A DNA stretch of 64,000 bases, from NCBI RefSeq assembly GCF_030144855.1, contig NC_082717.1, forward strand, positions 86,924,001-86,988,000. Direction: 5' to 3'. Under the pieces are notes generated by a model that made no database searches, was not told the DNA's origin, and saw only the letters and a program-made list of their open reading frames with translations. The position numbers and the translations under genes were made by a program. Shown one piece after another: positions 1 to 11,200 of this stretch (positions within the stretch are counted from its first letter, which is position 1; each line of letters opens with the position of its first letter). Source of the DNA: Hypanus sabinus (taxonomy: Eukaryota).

Positions 1-128
1 ATGGAAGAGAGAGGTATAAAGGGGTATGGACTGGTTGCAGATAGATTGCTCGAGGCAGAAGACCAGGCTGGCATGGAATAGAAGGGCCAAAAAGCCTGTT
101 TCTGTGCTATGACTCTATGGCTCTGTAA
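1..128 (+). mobile_element. 3' tail of a CR1-type LINE (degraded)
   Basis: The tail GAAGGGCCAAAAAGCCTGTTTCTGTGCTATGACTCTATGGCTCTG resembles the CR1 tails ending at 52560 and 58535. Confidence 0.5.
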
Positions 129-1679
129 TTGCCTGAAGACATGGCCATGGTGTCTTCGTGCCATCTTTAATTGCCTTGCTTTTCCCACAGTCTCAATGTT
201 AGAAAGGTCTATCTTACCGTCTCCCTTTACTTTACCATGCTCTGTGTGACCCTGGAAAATATTCCCTTTCAAATGTGCTCCTAGAATCTCAGTAACATGA
301 ATCCTCTGTAGTATTTCTGCTGATTGCATCTGTGAAAGTTGTGGCAAGGCAAAGATTAAGATAATGTCCAGGCAGAGACCATGCAGTCAGCTTAGACAAG
401 AAATGTCTTTTTATAAAGGTCTTTGAAGAAAATGGCTTCCTTTTGCACAACAGAGGACAGGAGCTATTTGACATTTCAAGACAAGACAAGGATGCAAACG
501 AAGGATTCTAGTGTGACACTCACTATTGGTCAATTACTTTACTCATTTTGAAGTATCATTGGCCTTTATTCTATTGGCCTTCAATTTTATAATGTGACTG
601 GTGATTGGTTAAGCAAATAAGGAATCTGAACATTCACAGGTTACCATTTGGGTAGCATTTGTATCCAACTAGTCAATTCTGTAAAGAAATGGCATTTGTT
701 GTACAAACTTTGGAAGAATTTGTGACAGGACCATGTTGTTCTCCTTGTGCACAAGTAAATAAAAATGTGATTGAGGAACGAGTGCAAGTTGTTGGTGACA
801 ATGTATCCTTATATCCTTTGATGCCATTCTGGCTCATCACCATTTCCCATCCAACCTCCTGTGCTGTTCCAGGCATTCAGAAAGGATTTGGCATTATGAA
901 GTGAAACAAAGATAAAATAGGAGTAATGTTTCTAAGCTGTGGTTACACTAATTTGACTTGCCTGAGAAGTGAATTAATGAACAGGACTAGATCCAGTTAA
1001 AAGATTATAAAGCTCAGCTGTGCTTCTCCTTGAGAAAGATCTCTCAGCGTCACCAGTGTCTATTTGTCTCTCTACATTGCTCTATCTTTTATGATGCTTT
1101 TTCCCCCAGCCTTGTTGACAAAGCTCTTGGGCCATTTGACTAATCTCTCTTCCACCCAGTACTGAGCAGAATTCTAGAGCAGCTAATTATAGCAAGGCAA
1201 ACTTTGATCTGTCTTATATACTTCATTGAATTACCATTGACTCCATCTTGGCAGCTGCTGAATTTGAACCAAGTTGTTTACAATGTTTGCCTGATATTGG
1301 CCCAGAATATGAACTTTGAACCACATTTCTTTGCTGTTGTCTGGACTGCCCATTTTGAACTTTGCATCTTTGATTGGTTCTGGTGCTTGTTTCTAATTAT
1401 CTGTATTGGAACCTTACTTTTTATGAATCTGAATCTTTCTATTGCCCTTCTGGCCAGTCTTCTGTATTGCATTCTCCATACCAAGTTCATTTAAAATGCA
1501 TCAATACTTGTGCTAACTCTCCCTGTATCCAGTTCACCCAGTACCTTCATTCTAGCTCAGATGCTTCAGTCTATATGCTTATTTTCCAATACTGTTCTGA
1601 CAGCCATCTCTGCTCACCACCACCTCTATGCTCACTTGAGGTACCTAAAGAAATTCCTCCTCATTTTTGTTCTAACTAG

Positions 1680-2045
1680 GCCTTTTCAACATTCAAAAGG
1701 CTTTCAATGAGATCCTCCTTCATTCCTGTAAATTCCTGTGAGTAAAGGCCCAGAGTCATCAATCACTCCTCATATGATAAGTCCTTCATTCCTGGAGTCA
1801 TTCTCTTGAATCTCCACTGAACCTTCTCCACAAAGTCGGTACATCCTTTTTAAAGTAAGGGGCCCAAAACTGCTCACAATACTCCAAGTGATGTCTCACC
1901 AGTGCCTTATAAACATCTGCATTACATCCTTGCTTTTATATTCTCGTCCTCTTGGAATGAATGCTAATATTGCATTTGCCTTCCTCACCACAGACTCAAC
2001 CTGGAGATTAATCTTTAGAGAATCCTGCATGAGGAGTCCCTTTGC
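1680..2045 (-). mobile_element. CR1-type LINE RT C-terminal fragment
   Basis: The minus strand encodes [12 protein letters not shown], the CR1 ORF2 C-terminal motif also present at 57969 (HLEYCVHFWSPH). Confidence 0.7.
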
Positions 2046-4849
2046 ACCTCTGCTTTTTGAGGCTTTTGTTCCACAGTTGTCCTAGGAGTGGTGTGGACAG
2101 TATCTGGAGTTCAGGTGTAAAGCAATGTTTTATTTGGCCCAACGGGCAATTTGCCACTGAGAAGTTTGAATGTGACGGTTGAGTATTCCTACAGTTCTGT
2201 GTCATTGTTCTCCAGCTGCAGATTATCTACCATTGGAGAATATTGTGGAAAGTTGCTCGTACCTCTTACCATTTACCACATCCATTCAAATTCTGCATCT
2301 CAAAGTATTACTCTGTGAAGTGGGGTGTGTTGATGGGAGAGGATGACGAGGACAAATGTCACTGGAGACGAGAGATACAAACGGAGTTGCAAGAGACATT
2401 TAAATACGAACAGATTAAAGGCTTCTTACCAGTAACTGAAAATGTGGCAAGAAGACGATAGTACAGCCTGTTTAATTGTCGATAACACCATTCCAGTGTC
2501 GGTCTTTAATGATTAATGTTGGTCCTGAAGCACTGGGTATTCCTGTTCTATGATGTTCCCTTGTATCTGCAGCAAGTAAACCCCTACCATCACTCAATGA
2601 GATTGTTGAGATAATGGATTCCATAAAGTAACGTGTAGAAACTACAAACATTTGTAGTATAATTCATTTCAGTAGGAATGGGCAATGCATTTTTTACGTC
2701 GATGAGATAATTGAAATAGAAATTGTAACATATGTATTTTGACAATAATGTTGGAAAAGATTTTGTGATCTCACCCAACTGATCAAATGTTGGTTGCACA
2801 TTTTGAAGTGAAAGTACTCAGCTCTTGGATCGACAATGGCTGACATGTGCTTCATAGTGATTGTCCCCTCGTACAATGAGCTTTGGGGAAGATCTCACAT
2901 CCAAATCTGTGCACAAAATCCATTCAACCAAGTCAAGCTGTTCAACCAAAGATGTCTCAGTAAAATACGTTGATTTTGTTTTGTAAGACATGGAGACAAC
3001 AGCAGCTAACTGATGGGTGACAGCTTGAACATTCTGTTGTCATTATTAGAACAAGCGTTCCTGTGGCAAGCAGTGGAGCAATCAATAGATGATGGTGGTG
3101 TCTTCAGGTATAATGCTCCTTCCCATATTCTGTTCCTCTTATTTGACAGCCTTTCAGATTTATAAACAGTTCTGCCTTCATCCCAACTCTTTCCCTCATT
3201 CCTGCAAGATAGTGCCAGTGACCAACAATGACATCTTGCAGACAACTTACAAAACTACTGGATATATTTCTTCTAACTATTCTTCTTCTGAACTGGGATT
3301 GATTGCAGCTTGTAATTTCACTTTTACGAATGTAGTTTTGGGTCGACCGAATGATTTGGTACTTCTGTGATCTCCGGGGGGACTCAACATGAAGTGCCGC
3401 TATGGCCGCCACTGGGGGTATAAGCTGCATCAATTCCTAATTGTGGAATACGAACTTGTGGTTTGCTCCATTACTCCACGCTGATTAAAGCGACAAGCAA
3501 GTTTAAAATCAGTTAGGGTGAGAGCCGAAATTGAATGGATGTCCAGTTCTGCCAGCCTGGGTCTGACTGGTCTCCCTCTCACTGCTGTCACCTAAGGTGC
3601 AGGAGTCTTGGGTCCCAAGCTGGAAAGTTTGACTGCCAAAGTGGCTTGAGCTCGTGCATGTGGACTCACTGTGGCTCGATGTTTAATGTCCTGAGTGCTG
3701 AACGCACTTTACTATTTGCAAGGAGCTGGATCAGTTGCTGTGGCCTGCAGCCATTGCCACAGTACTGAACTGACTGACTCGATGGCTGAAGCCATGGCCG
3801 TCAGCTCCTGGACCTGCTTTATAAACCTCGACAGCTCGTAGCTGCGGACTCATTTTTGGGGACTCTACAGTTTGAAGTTTAACATTTTGGGTGTTAGTTG
3901 CTCACTCTTTGCTGTTTGCATGATTTGTTCTTTACTTTCATATGTCTCATGGTCTTGTGTGTGTGGGGGGGGTCTTTAAACGAGGTCTATGGAGATTCTT
4001 TGTTTTGTTTCGCTGTCTGCCCAAAGACAAACCTCATGTTTGTGTACTCTGTACAGACTTGGATTATAAATGTACTTGGAACTTTGAGCTTCCTGTATTG
4101 TAACCCAGCACGCTTGTCTTTGCACTTTGAAACAACTAAAAACAGAAACTAAGTCTAGAAAAGGAAGAAGATGAAGATGATGAAAAGCCACCAGCTGAGG
4201 TACTGACATCATGCACAGTTTCGACGTTTGTCCTGAGGTAGTATTTGCATGTTTTGTCAGACTAGACACAAGTAGGTTGTAGTTAGGGAAGGAGAGAGGT
4301 TTGGTAGGGGGACCAGCTCCCCAGAGGTCAATGTCAATCATGGGTTCTCCTGCAGAGGATTCAGCTGAATGTTTTATTTGGGCAGCCAGATTAGAAGCTG
4401 TTTCTATGGAGGATTAGTGTTGATTAGACTTGTGGGTCCAATATCATACTTCCATCCTGCAACAGAAAGCAATAACACAGTATTCAAAATTGGGAGATGC
4501 GAAGATACTGATGACCTTGCAAGGAACAAAAATGGAGCATTTGATGTAACTCTCAGAGATCAAGGACTGGAATAGGGGGAAATGGAAACAACTGCATTGC
4601 AAAGTGACAGCTCACCTCCCTAACAGAAAGCAAGCCACAATTGGGCAGGAGCAGGATACAAAAGCATGGGCTCTCCAGCACTGGGCTTTTTTCCCTGATG
4701 TCAGGTCAGCTCACAAAGAATTTGCTGGAGACCAAGTGAAGGGATCAGTCGTTGCCTCCATTCTCAGTGGGTGACCTGACCACAAAGTCTTGGAGTGTAG
4801 GGGTGGGGAGTGAAGGGGATGGACTTTTGCCTTTTATCAGCTGTATTCA

Positions 4850-5950
4850 GCTGGATGGTGGTGCACATGAAGAAGGACAGAATGAAGACTGAGTGTAGTC
4901 ATCCTCTGGAGTTGAGAATTTGAAGTAAGCGTTTCACAGACTGACAGAGATCTCGTTGCCCTCACAGGAAGTGAGTGGTGAAGGGACAAGAGTAAATAAA
5001 CGTGACAATTATAATATTCCCAGGAATGAGGAAGGAAGAGAGGAAGCAGAATCATGTACCCTGGCAATATTCAGTGTTCTTGCAGGTGAAGGTTACAGAA
5101 ACATTGAAACTTTGGTGGGATTTTTACAGGTTGTCCATTGACTGCATTAAGCAGTCAGGAGATTGAGGATGAAAGTAATTATTCCTCCAGAAACCCTTCG
5201 AGTGAGATGCTGGGATGAGGATTGGTTTGATATATAATCTCATCTGTCATCTGCAAAGTTGAGTAATATAGTTTTGTTGTCTTTATTATAAAAAGGTAAT
5301 TACTTTAGAAAATCATTTGCAGATGATCTATCACAGAAGTTGTCTCTGGCTCCACATCTCCTTCATTCTCCAGTTCGTTTGACTCTTACATCCATCCTGA
5401 GTCTCTCCGACCCTAGAAAGGATGTTTAAAACTGACAGCTCCCAATTACTCCAATTGTCAGACCACCCAGTGGACTGAGAGTGTTTCCCCAACCCTGTTC
5501 ATTTATTGTCCACCCATTTCACAATAGCATGGAACACATTTTCAAGCTAAAGCCAGCCCACACAGCGTACTGGTCTGTGTTTCACAGCTCTGATGAACAC
5601 AAAGTATTGGGGAGACTTTGCCTTTGTGATCTTGATAAAGTAAGTGATAGGGAGGTGAGAATCTGCTTTCCACCAATCCCACTTGTCAGCAGAGGTGGAG
5701 AACCAGAGAGTGACCCACCACCTGGCTTATGCAGACTGGTGCACAAAGCCAAGGTCAACCCATCAACGTCCCTCCTCAACCCTTTTTTCATTCCCTTCAA
5801 ACCCGCTCATTTCAGTCTGGAATAAATGTCAGTGGAACATTTGACTATCTTTTATCTTTTATTCTTGTTGAATAGAACCAATTCTCCAATTCTGCAATCT
5901 AAACACACGAAGAGAAAAAACAAGTTTTCCTTATTTTCTAAACATTTTTA
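4850..5950 (-). repeat. Paralogous 3' flank of the GPCR cassette (inverted copy of ~61125-62010; also related to 44690-45117 and 48316-48625)
   Basis: The reverse complement of 4921-5130 aligns with 61740-61990 and 48320-48560, and 5780-5950 aligns with 61125-61280. Confidence 0.75.
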
Positions 5951-6061
5951 TGAATCCTGGGGAATCCGTCACCTGATGATAACGTGGGTGTTGTGATTCT
6001 CATACTCAGAGCTCTTCGATGTATGCCTTCAAGGGGGTTCACTGGTCGGGAACAATAACAA

Positions 6062-8746
6062 TTACCCAGGGATGGATTTTCCTGTTTTTTCTGAACATCT
6101 AATGAAGTGCAGGTTGGCTGTAAAGGGATATTTTGTGCTATTTACCATCTCCTCCCGGAACTTGCGCTGAGTGATGGCATAAATAAACATGTTGGTGCAG
6201 GAGCTGAATAATTGAAGCATTGTTCCAGTGGTGCCTGGGATAAAATAATAACCTCTCAGTACAGAATACGATCCTTTGATTCGCTGAATTGTGAGACTTG
6301 CCACCTGTGTCATCCAGAACAAGATAAAACTGGCTGGAATTGTGAAGAGCAAAATAATGGATCTTCTTCGATTCCTCATCTCTTGGTCGTCCTTCTCCAC
6401 CCCATTCTGCTGACCCCTCAGTTTCCTGCGGACTGTACTGGCCCTGATGATGTGACTGACAGTGACAGCGTTCAGCGCCAGGATCCGCATGAAAGGAACG
6501 ACTGGGGTTAAAAGTTGGTGGCCCCAGTAAAAAGCTTCCCACACTGTTAATATTTGAAAGTGATACGACTCCAAGCATTTCCGTGCCTCGTACCTGAAGG
6601 GCCACGGGATGTTGGTTAACACACCCAGCACACTCACCACTGCAATAACAATAGCTGCACCTTTCTCAGTGCAGTATCTGATCTTCAGCCTCTGGAAGCA
6701 AATGGCCACCGTCCGGTCCAAGGTGAAGGCAACAGTGAGCCAGACGGAGCAGGCAATGGAAATGTAACCCATTGCATCAATAATCTTGCACTCGGGAGAG
6801 TAAAAAATGAAAATTATCTTCTTGAGAATGACATTAAATATGACAACAAGTAGATCTGCCACGGCCATTGCCAGAAGATACCAAGTGACACCTTTGGAGA
6901 GTCCACACCGCCCTCGTGATAGAGTTACAATTGCCACCAAGTTAGCTGTGAATATTGGAGAAGTAAATAATGTAAATTAGTCAAGTGAAGGGGAGAAACG
7001 GAGTGATTGTTAATTATTGCAGGTTTAACAGCTGATATGAAATAAATGAGGGGAATATGGGTGAACAGATAAATTGTCCATGAAACACAAGATGTAACGA
7101 GTTGAACTGGTGCAGTAAAATTCCTCAGTACAGACTCAGCAGTGTGGCATTTGGGATTCCATATTTTACCTCAGGGATGGGCTGGAACTGGAATCAAAGA
7201 GGTAGTGAGGCTCCATGGCCAACAATGGAAACCGCTTGGATGATTTGAGGAGTTGGACATCCAGCTGGGTTAACTCGTTCTCACAGGGAACGTATTGTTC
7301 TCTCACCTGACCTGAATAATTAGTGTTGCGGGTAAACCCAACCGTGTCAACCTCAGGATGGAAATGTCAGAACATTCCTTCTTCCAGCTTACATGGGTTT
7401 TGTTCCTCTCTCTTCACCTCATCATTTTGACTACTTGCAGTCAATTCCTGCTCACACTCTGACAACAGACGCTGGTTAAACGGCAGCTCGGGAGGGCAGA
7501 ATCTGGTTACCCTGCAAAAACTAACTGAGGACAGGCAAGCCAGCTATCTGGCCGTCACGTGCAAGAAGAGTGGGGTCAGTGTGGGTTATTTGTAGTGCGC
7601 GGTCACTGGGGTGAAATGGCAGTCCAGCACTTTCTGCAACACTTTACAGTGAGCTGTAAGATTGGGGTTCAATTCCTGCCACTGTCCTTAAAGAATTTGT
7701 ATGCTTTCCTCATGTATCTCCTCTGGGTGTTCCAGTTTCCTCCCGGTTAGGCTTAGTGAGTTTTGGCATGCTGTCTGAGTGTCAGAAGCATGATTGCACT
7801 TGCAGGCTGCCCAGCACGATCCACGCTGATTTGATTCAGCTCAAATGAGAGGGATCCACTCACGCCTTTGTCCACCTCCTGTGTCGCATCTTTACCACTT
7901 GCCAAGTTGTCATTGGCTTCTCCTTCCTAACCCCACACAAATCTCTCAGCCTCTGCATTCCTGCTTTTGGAAATGGCTTTTATCTTCTGATAGCATCGCT
8001 CTCCACTCCCCACTGTGTGCTTCAACGTACAGTCAAGCTAATCACTGGTGTTTGTCGGCATCAGGAACCAGTGAGTGGAAGGCTGGTGTTGTAAACAAGA
8101 CGTGCTTACAGTAAATGGAGGGAAGCTAGAGAAATCAGACTGAGGGACAACATGAAATGAAACACTAGTTTCAACTGTGGCCACATTTCAGGGAACTTCA
8201 TTGGGTGTTTTAGGGTTTGAGGATTCTAGGCTGGTTGTAAGAACTCCAGAAGTGCACGTTCATTGTTCCTTTGCACACAATTCATCAGCAGAGTTTAACA
8301 GCACTGAAGACATTGGATGAATTATCTCACATTGCAGACCATGATATAGAACAACATGGGTCTATTTACATATAATACATCACAATTTCAGGGGAACAGT
8401 GTAAATAAACCAGCAGGACTTGGAAATCAAGTGATCTGGGACCCAACACCCAAACACAGTGCAAATCCAAAGGTACAGGATGAAGGTAATAAGACTAAAA
8501 GCCAGTAAATGTGACTGAGAGACCAAGTAAAATCAGGGTAAAAGAGAAGAATATCAGTGATACTTCAGACTTGGAATAATTGTCAGAAATAAGCAAGGCT
8601 GAACAAATCCAAAACCAAATTCCATATCAGAACTGTCAAGGAGGCAATGGTTAGAAAGACTTACAGAGAACTCCAACGACTGCCAGGATCCGGTAGAAAT
8701 AAAATGCAGTATCAACCATCAGGTAGACTAGTTCTTTCTTTCCCAT
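6062..8746 (-). CDS. GPR139/GPR142-like class A GPCR, paralog 1; join(complement 8665..8746, 6062..6945), about 321 aa
   Basis: Exon 2 encodes seven-TM class A motifs: LAMAVADLLV (TM2), FTLDRTVAIC (DRY variant), NIPW (TM4), TPVVPF (TM5), SCTNMFIY..KFREE (TM7/helix 8). Exon 1 reads MGKKELVYLMVDTAFYFYRILAVVGVL, followed by a GTAAGT donor at 8664. The acceptor is TTCACAG|CTAAC at 6946/6945. The phase-1 join gives ...GVL-S-NLVAIV (TM1 GxxxN). Family assignment is from recalled motif similarity. Confidence 0.88.
7595..7845 (+). mobile_element. Degraded tRNA-derived SINE (V-SINE-like) in the intron of paralog 1
   Basis: B-box-like GGGGTTCAATTCCTG, followed by a V-domain-like CTCTGGGTGTTCCAGTTTCCTCCC. 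Confidence 0.45.
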
Positions 8747-8789
8747 GTTTACAGAAAAAAATTTGTTCTTTGAATCCACTCACTCAGTT

Positions 8790-8945
8790 AGAGCCTTTAT
8801 TTATACAGGCAGGAACCATAGAGTGACGTGATCATTGTTAGTTACTGGGATCAGAATAAACACATTACAGCATTAACACCATTTCTGAGACACCAATTAA
8901 CAAATAAACAACAGAATCTGGTCAGACGCACCTGGTATACAAGCA
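8790..8945 (-). promoter_or_regulatory. Putative core promoter of GPCR paralog 1 (TATA box at 8796-8805)
   Basis: TATAAATAAA on the minus strand, about 50 nt upstream of the ATG. It lies in a block that aligns with the upstream regions of paralogs 2 and 3. Confidence 0.6.
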
Positions 8946-9499
8946 CTGGGATGGAAACTGAAGGTCACTAAACTGGAAACACAAAGGAGTTTTTAACCTA
9001 TCCTACCCGCTGTGGGTTTGTAACAGTGACCCACTCATGACTTTGTCCATCTCCTGTCCACATAACTTTACTGCTTGACAAGTCTTCCATGAATTCTCCT
9101 CACTGGAGAGTGGAAGGGAAGAGGGAATGGAGCCAAGTGTGAGTGGAGTGGTAATGTGATAAAGAATGTAGAAGAGAGTTGGGGATGTGTTGAGTATAAA
9201 CATGGAAGCTGTTGGGAATAGAGTGTGAAAGGAACAATGTGAGAAAGGAATTGGTAATGTGGCCACAGAATGTAATAACTTAGACCTGGCCCCAAGGAGC
9301 TTCTCATGGGTGGTCCAGTGACCAAAATCCCATTGAATGCCAAGCATAGGTGGTTGGACTCTAGGTGATGGTCATTGCCCAGCATGTGTTATTCATTACT
9401 TCTCAACCCATGCTTGAAAGTTATCCTGGGCTGTTCATTCTAAGAGGGATGGAAATTGGACAATCATCAGTATGTATATATATATATACACACACACAG

Positions 9500-9945
9500 A
9501 AAGGTGTTGGAAAAGGGCCAGTAACGTCATGAAGGATCCCACCCACCCTGTTCATGAACTATTTGTCCCATTCGAATCAGGGAGGAAGCTACAGAGCATC
9601 TATGCCAGGACCACCAGACTCTAAAGCAGTTACTCTCTCCAAGCTGTAAGGCTGATTAACATCTCCACCCACTAACCCACCCCACCACAACTCCAACCAC
9701 TACTACATCATTTTCCACCTGAATCTCTTTATTACAGAAATTCTTGTGTCTGGTGTCACTTTATGGACATACAATTAATCTATATGTATAAGCTCTCTTA
9801 TGTAATTATATTAATTGTTTTTATTATTATCAGTGTGTTCTCTATCTTATTGTGCTTTATTTGGTGCTGCATCAGACCTGGAATAACAATTATTTTGTTC
9901 TCATTTACATTTGTATACTGGAAATAACATTAATCTTGAATTTTG
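9500..9945 (+). mobile_element. 3' end of a Rex1/Babar-like LINE
   Basis: Encodes KDPTHPVHELF-like C-terminal ORF sequence similar to 24440-24560, then an AT-rich 3' UTR and a TCTTGAA-type tail. Confidence 0.55.
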
Positions 9946-10549
9946 AACAATCCAAACTTCGGACCCTATCATGGGAGGAAGGTCACTGGTGATGTAGCCA
10001 CAGAAGGTTATGACTTAGACCCAGCACTGAGGAACTCCTGCTGTGATATCCCTGATATTTGACTTCAAACAAGCACCACCATATTCGACTGTGTGAGATA
10101 TTTCTCCAAACACTGGATGGTTTCCCTTGATTCCCATTGTCAGTTTCCTCGCATTTGCACAGTGACCCAGCTCTTGATAGTGACATGACTTCCTACTCTC
10201 TTGCTTTCAACTGCCATATAAGAACCTATATATAATTCATTGACAATGGACCTGATTCATATTCTGATTGTGAATAGTTGTGAAGACTTGCATCTGCATT
10301 ACTTGCTCCTCTCTGACCTGTGAGAATTATCTCTCACAGCAGACAAGAGAGCCTGTAGCACTTCACCTTACTCACACCCCATGCACTGTTGGGAGAAACG
10401 TTTTAGCCATGCCAACCAAGGGAAATAGTTTCAAACAATCTCCCTCATCTAGTCCCTTCGTATTTTCCCAGACTTTGATTAGGTTACATTTTGCATTCTC
10501 TGTTCTAGGGTAAAAATTCCAGCCAATGCAATCCATACCTACAACTGAA

Positions 10550-10830
10550 ATGTTACATTCCAGGCATCCTGGTCCATCTCTCTAGTGCAATCACACATGT
10601 CCTGGAGTGTGATGACCAGCTGATAATCCAGGTGTGATGAAACCGATATGTTATAAAGTTGTTACATTTTGTCCCTGCTCTTACGTTATTCACCACTGTT
10701 GATGAAGACAAATATCCATCAGCCTTCTTCACCACCTTATCCATTTGTGCTGTCTCATTCAAGGATCTATTGTCTTGTCACCCAAGGTCCATCTTTTCAG
10801 AGACAGTCCCTGGGACACAGCCATTTACTG
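10550..10830 (-). mobile_element. CR1-type LINE fragment
   Basis: The minus strand gives AQMDKVVKKADG...ALERWTRMPGM, a degenerate CR1 RT C-terminus. Confidence 0.55.
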
Positions 10831-10869
10831 TATCTGTCTGAACCTTTGAAAATGCAAATTCAGAAATCG

Positions 10870-11200
10870 GGAGTGCGAAGGGTCTTTGGGGGTCCTTGTC
10901 CATGATTCCCTAAAGGTTAACTTGCAGATTGAGTTGGGAGTAAAGAAGGCAGAGATAATGAGGAATTCCTTTATCTAAAGAGTGGTGAACTTGTGGAATT
11001 ATTGCCGCATGCAGCTGTGAAGGCCAAGGCACCGGATAAATTCAAAGAGAGGGATGATACATTCTTAATTAGTGAGGGCCTCGAAGGTTACATGGATAAG
11101 GCAGGAGATTTGGGTTGAGACGGCTAATAAATCAGCCATGATGAAATGAGTGGACTTGATGGACCAAATAGCCAAATTCTGCTCCTGTATCTTTCTGGTT
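10870..11200 (+). mobile_element. CR1-type LINE 3' fragments
   Basis: AGAGTGGTGAACTTGTGGAAT (RVVNLWN motif) followed by a CR1-like 3' UTR. Confidence 0.55.
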
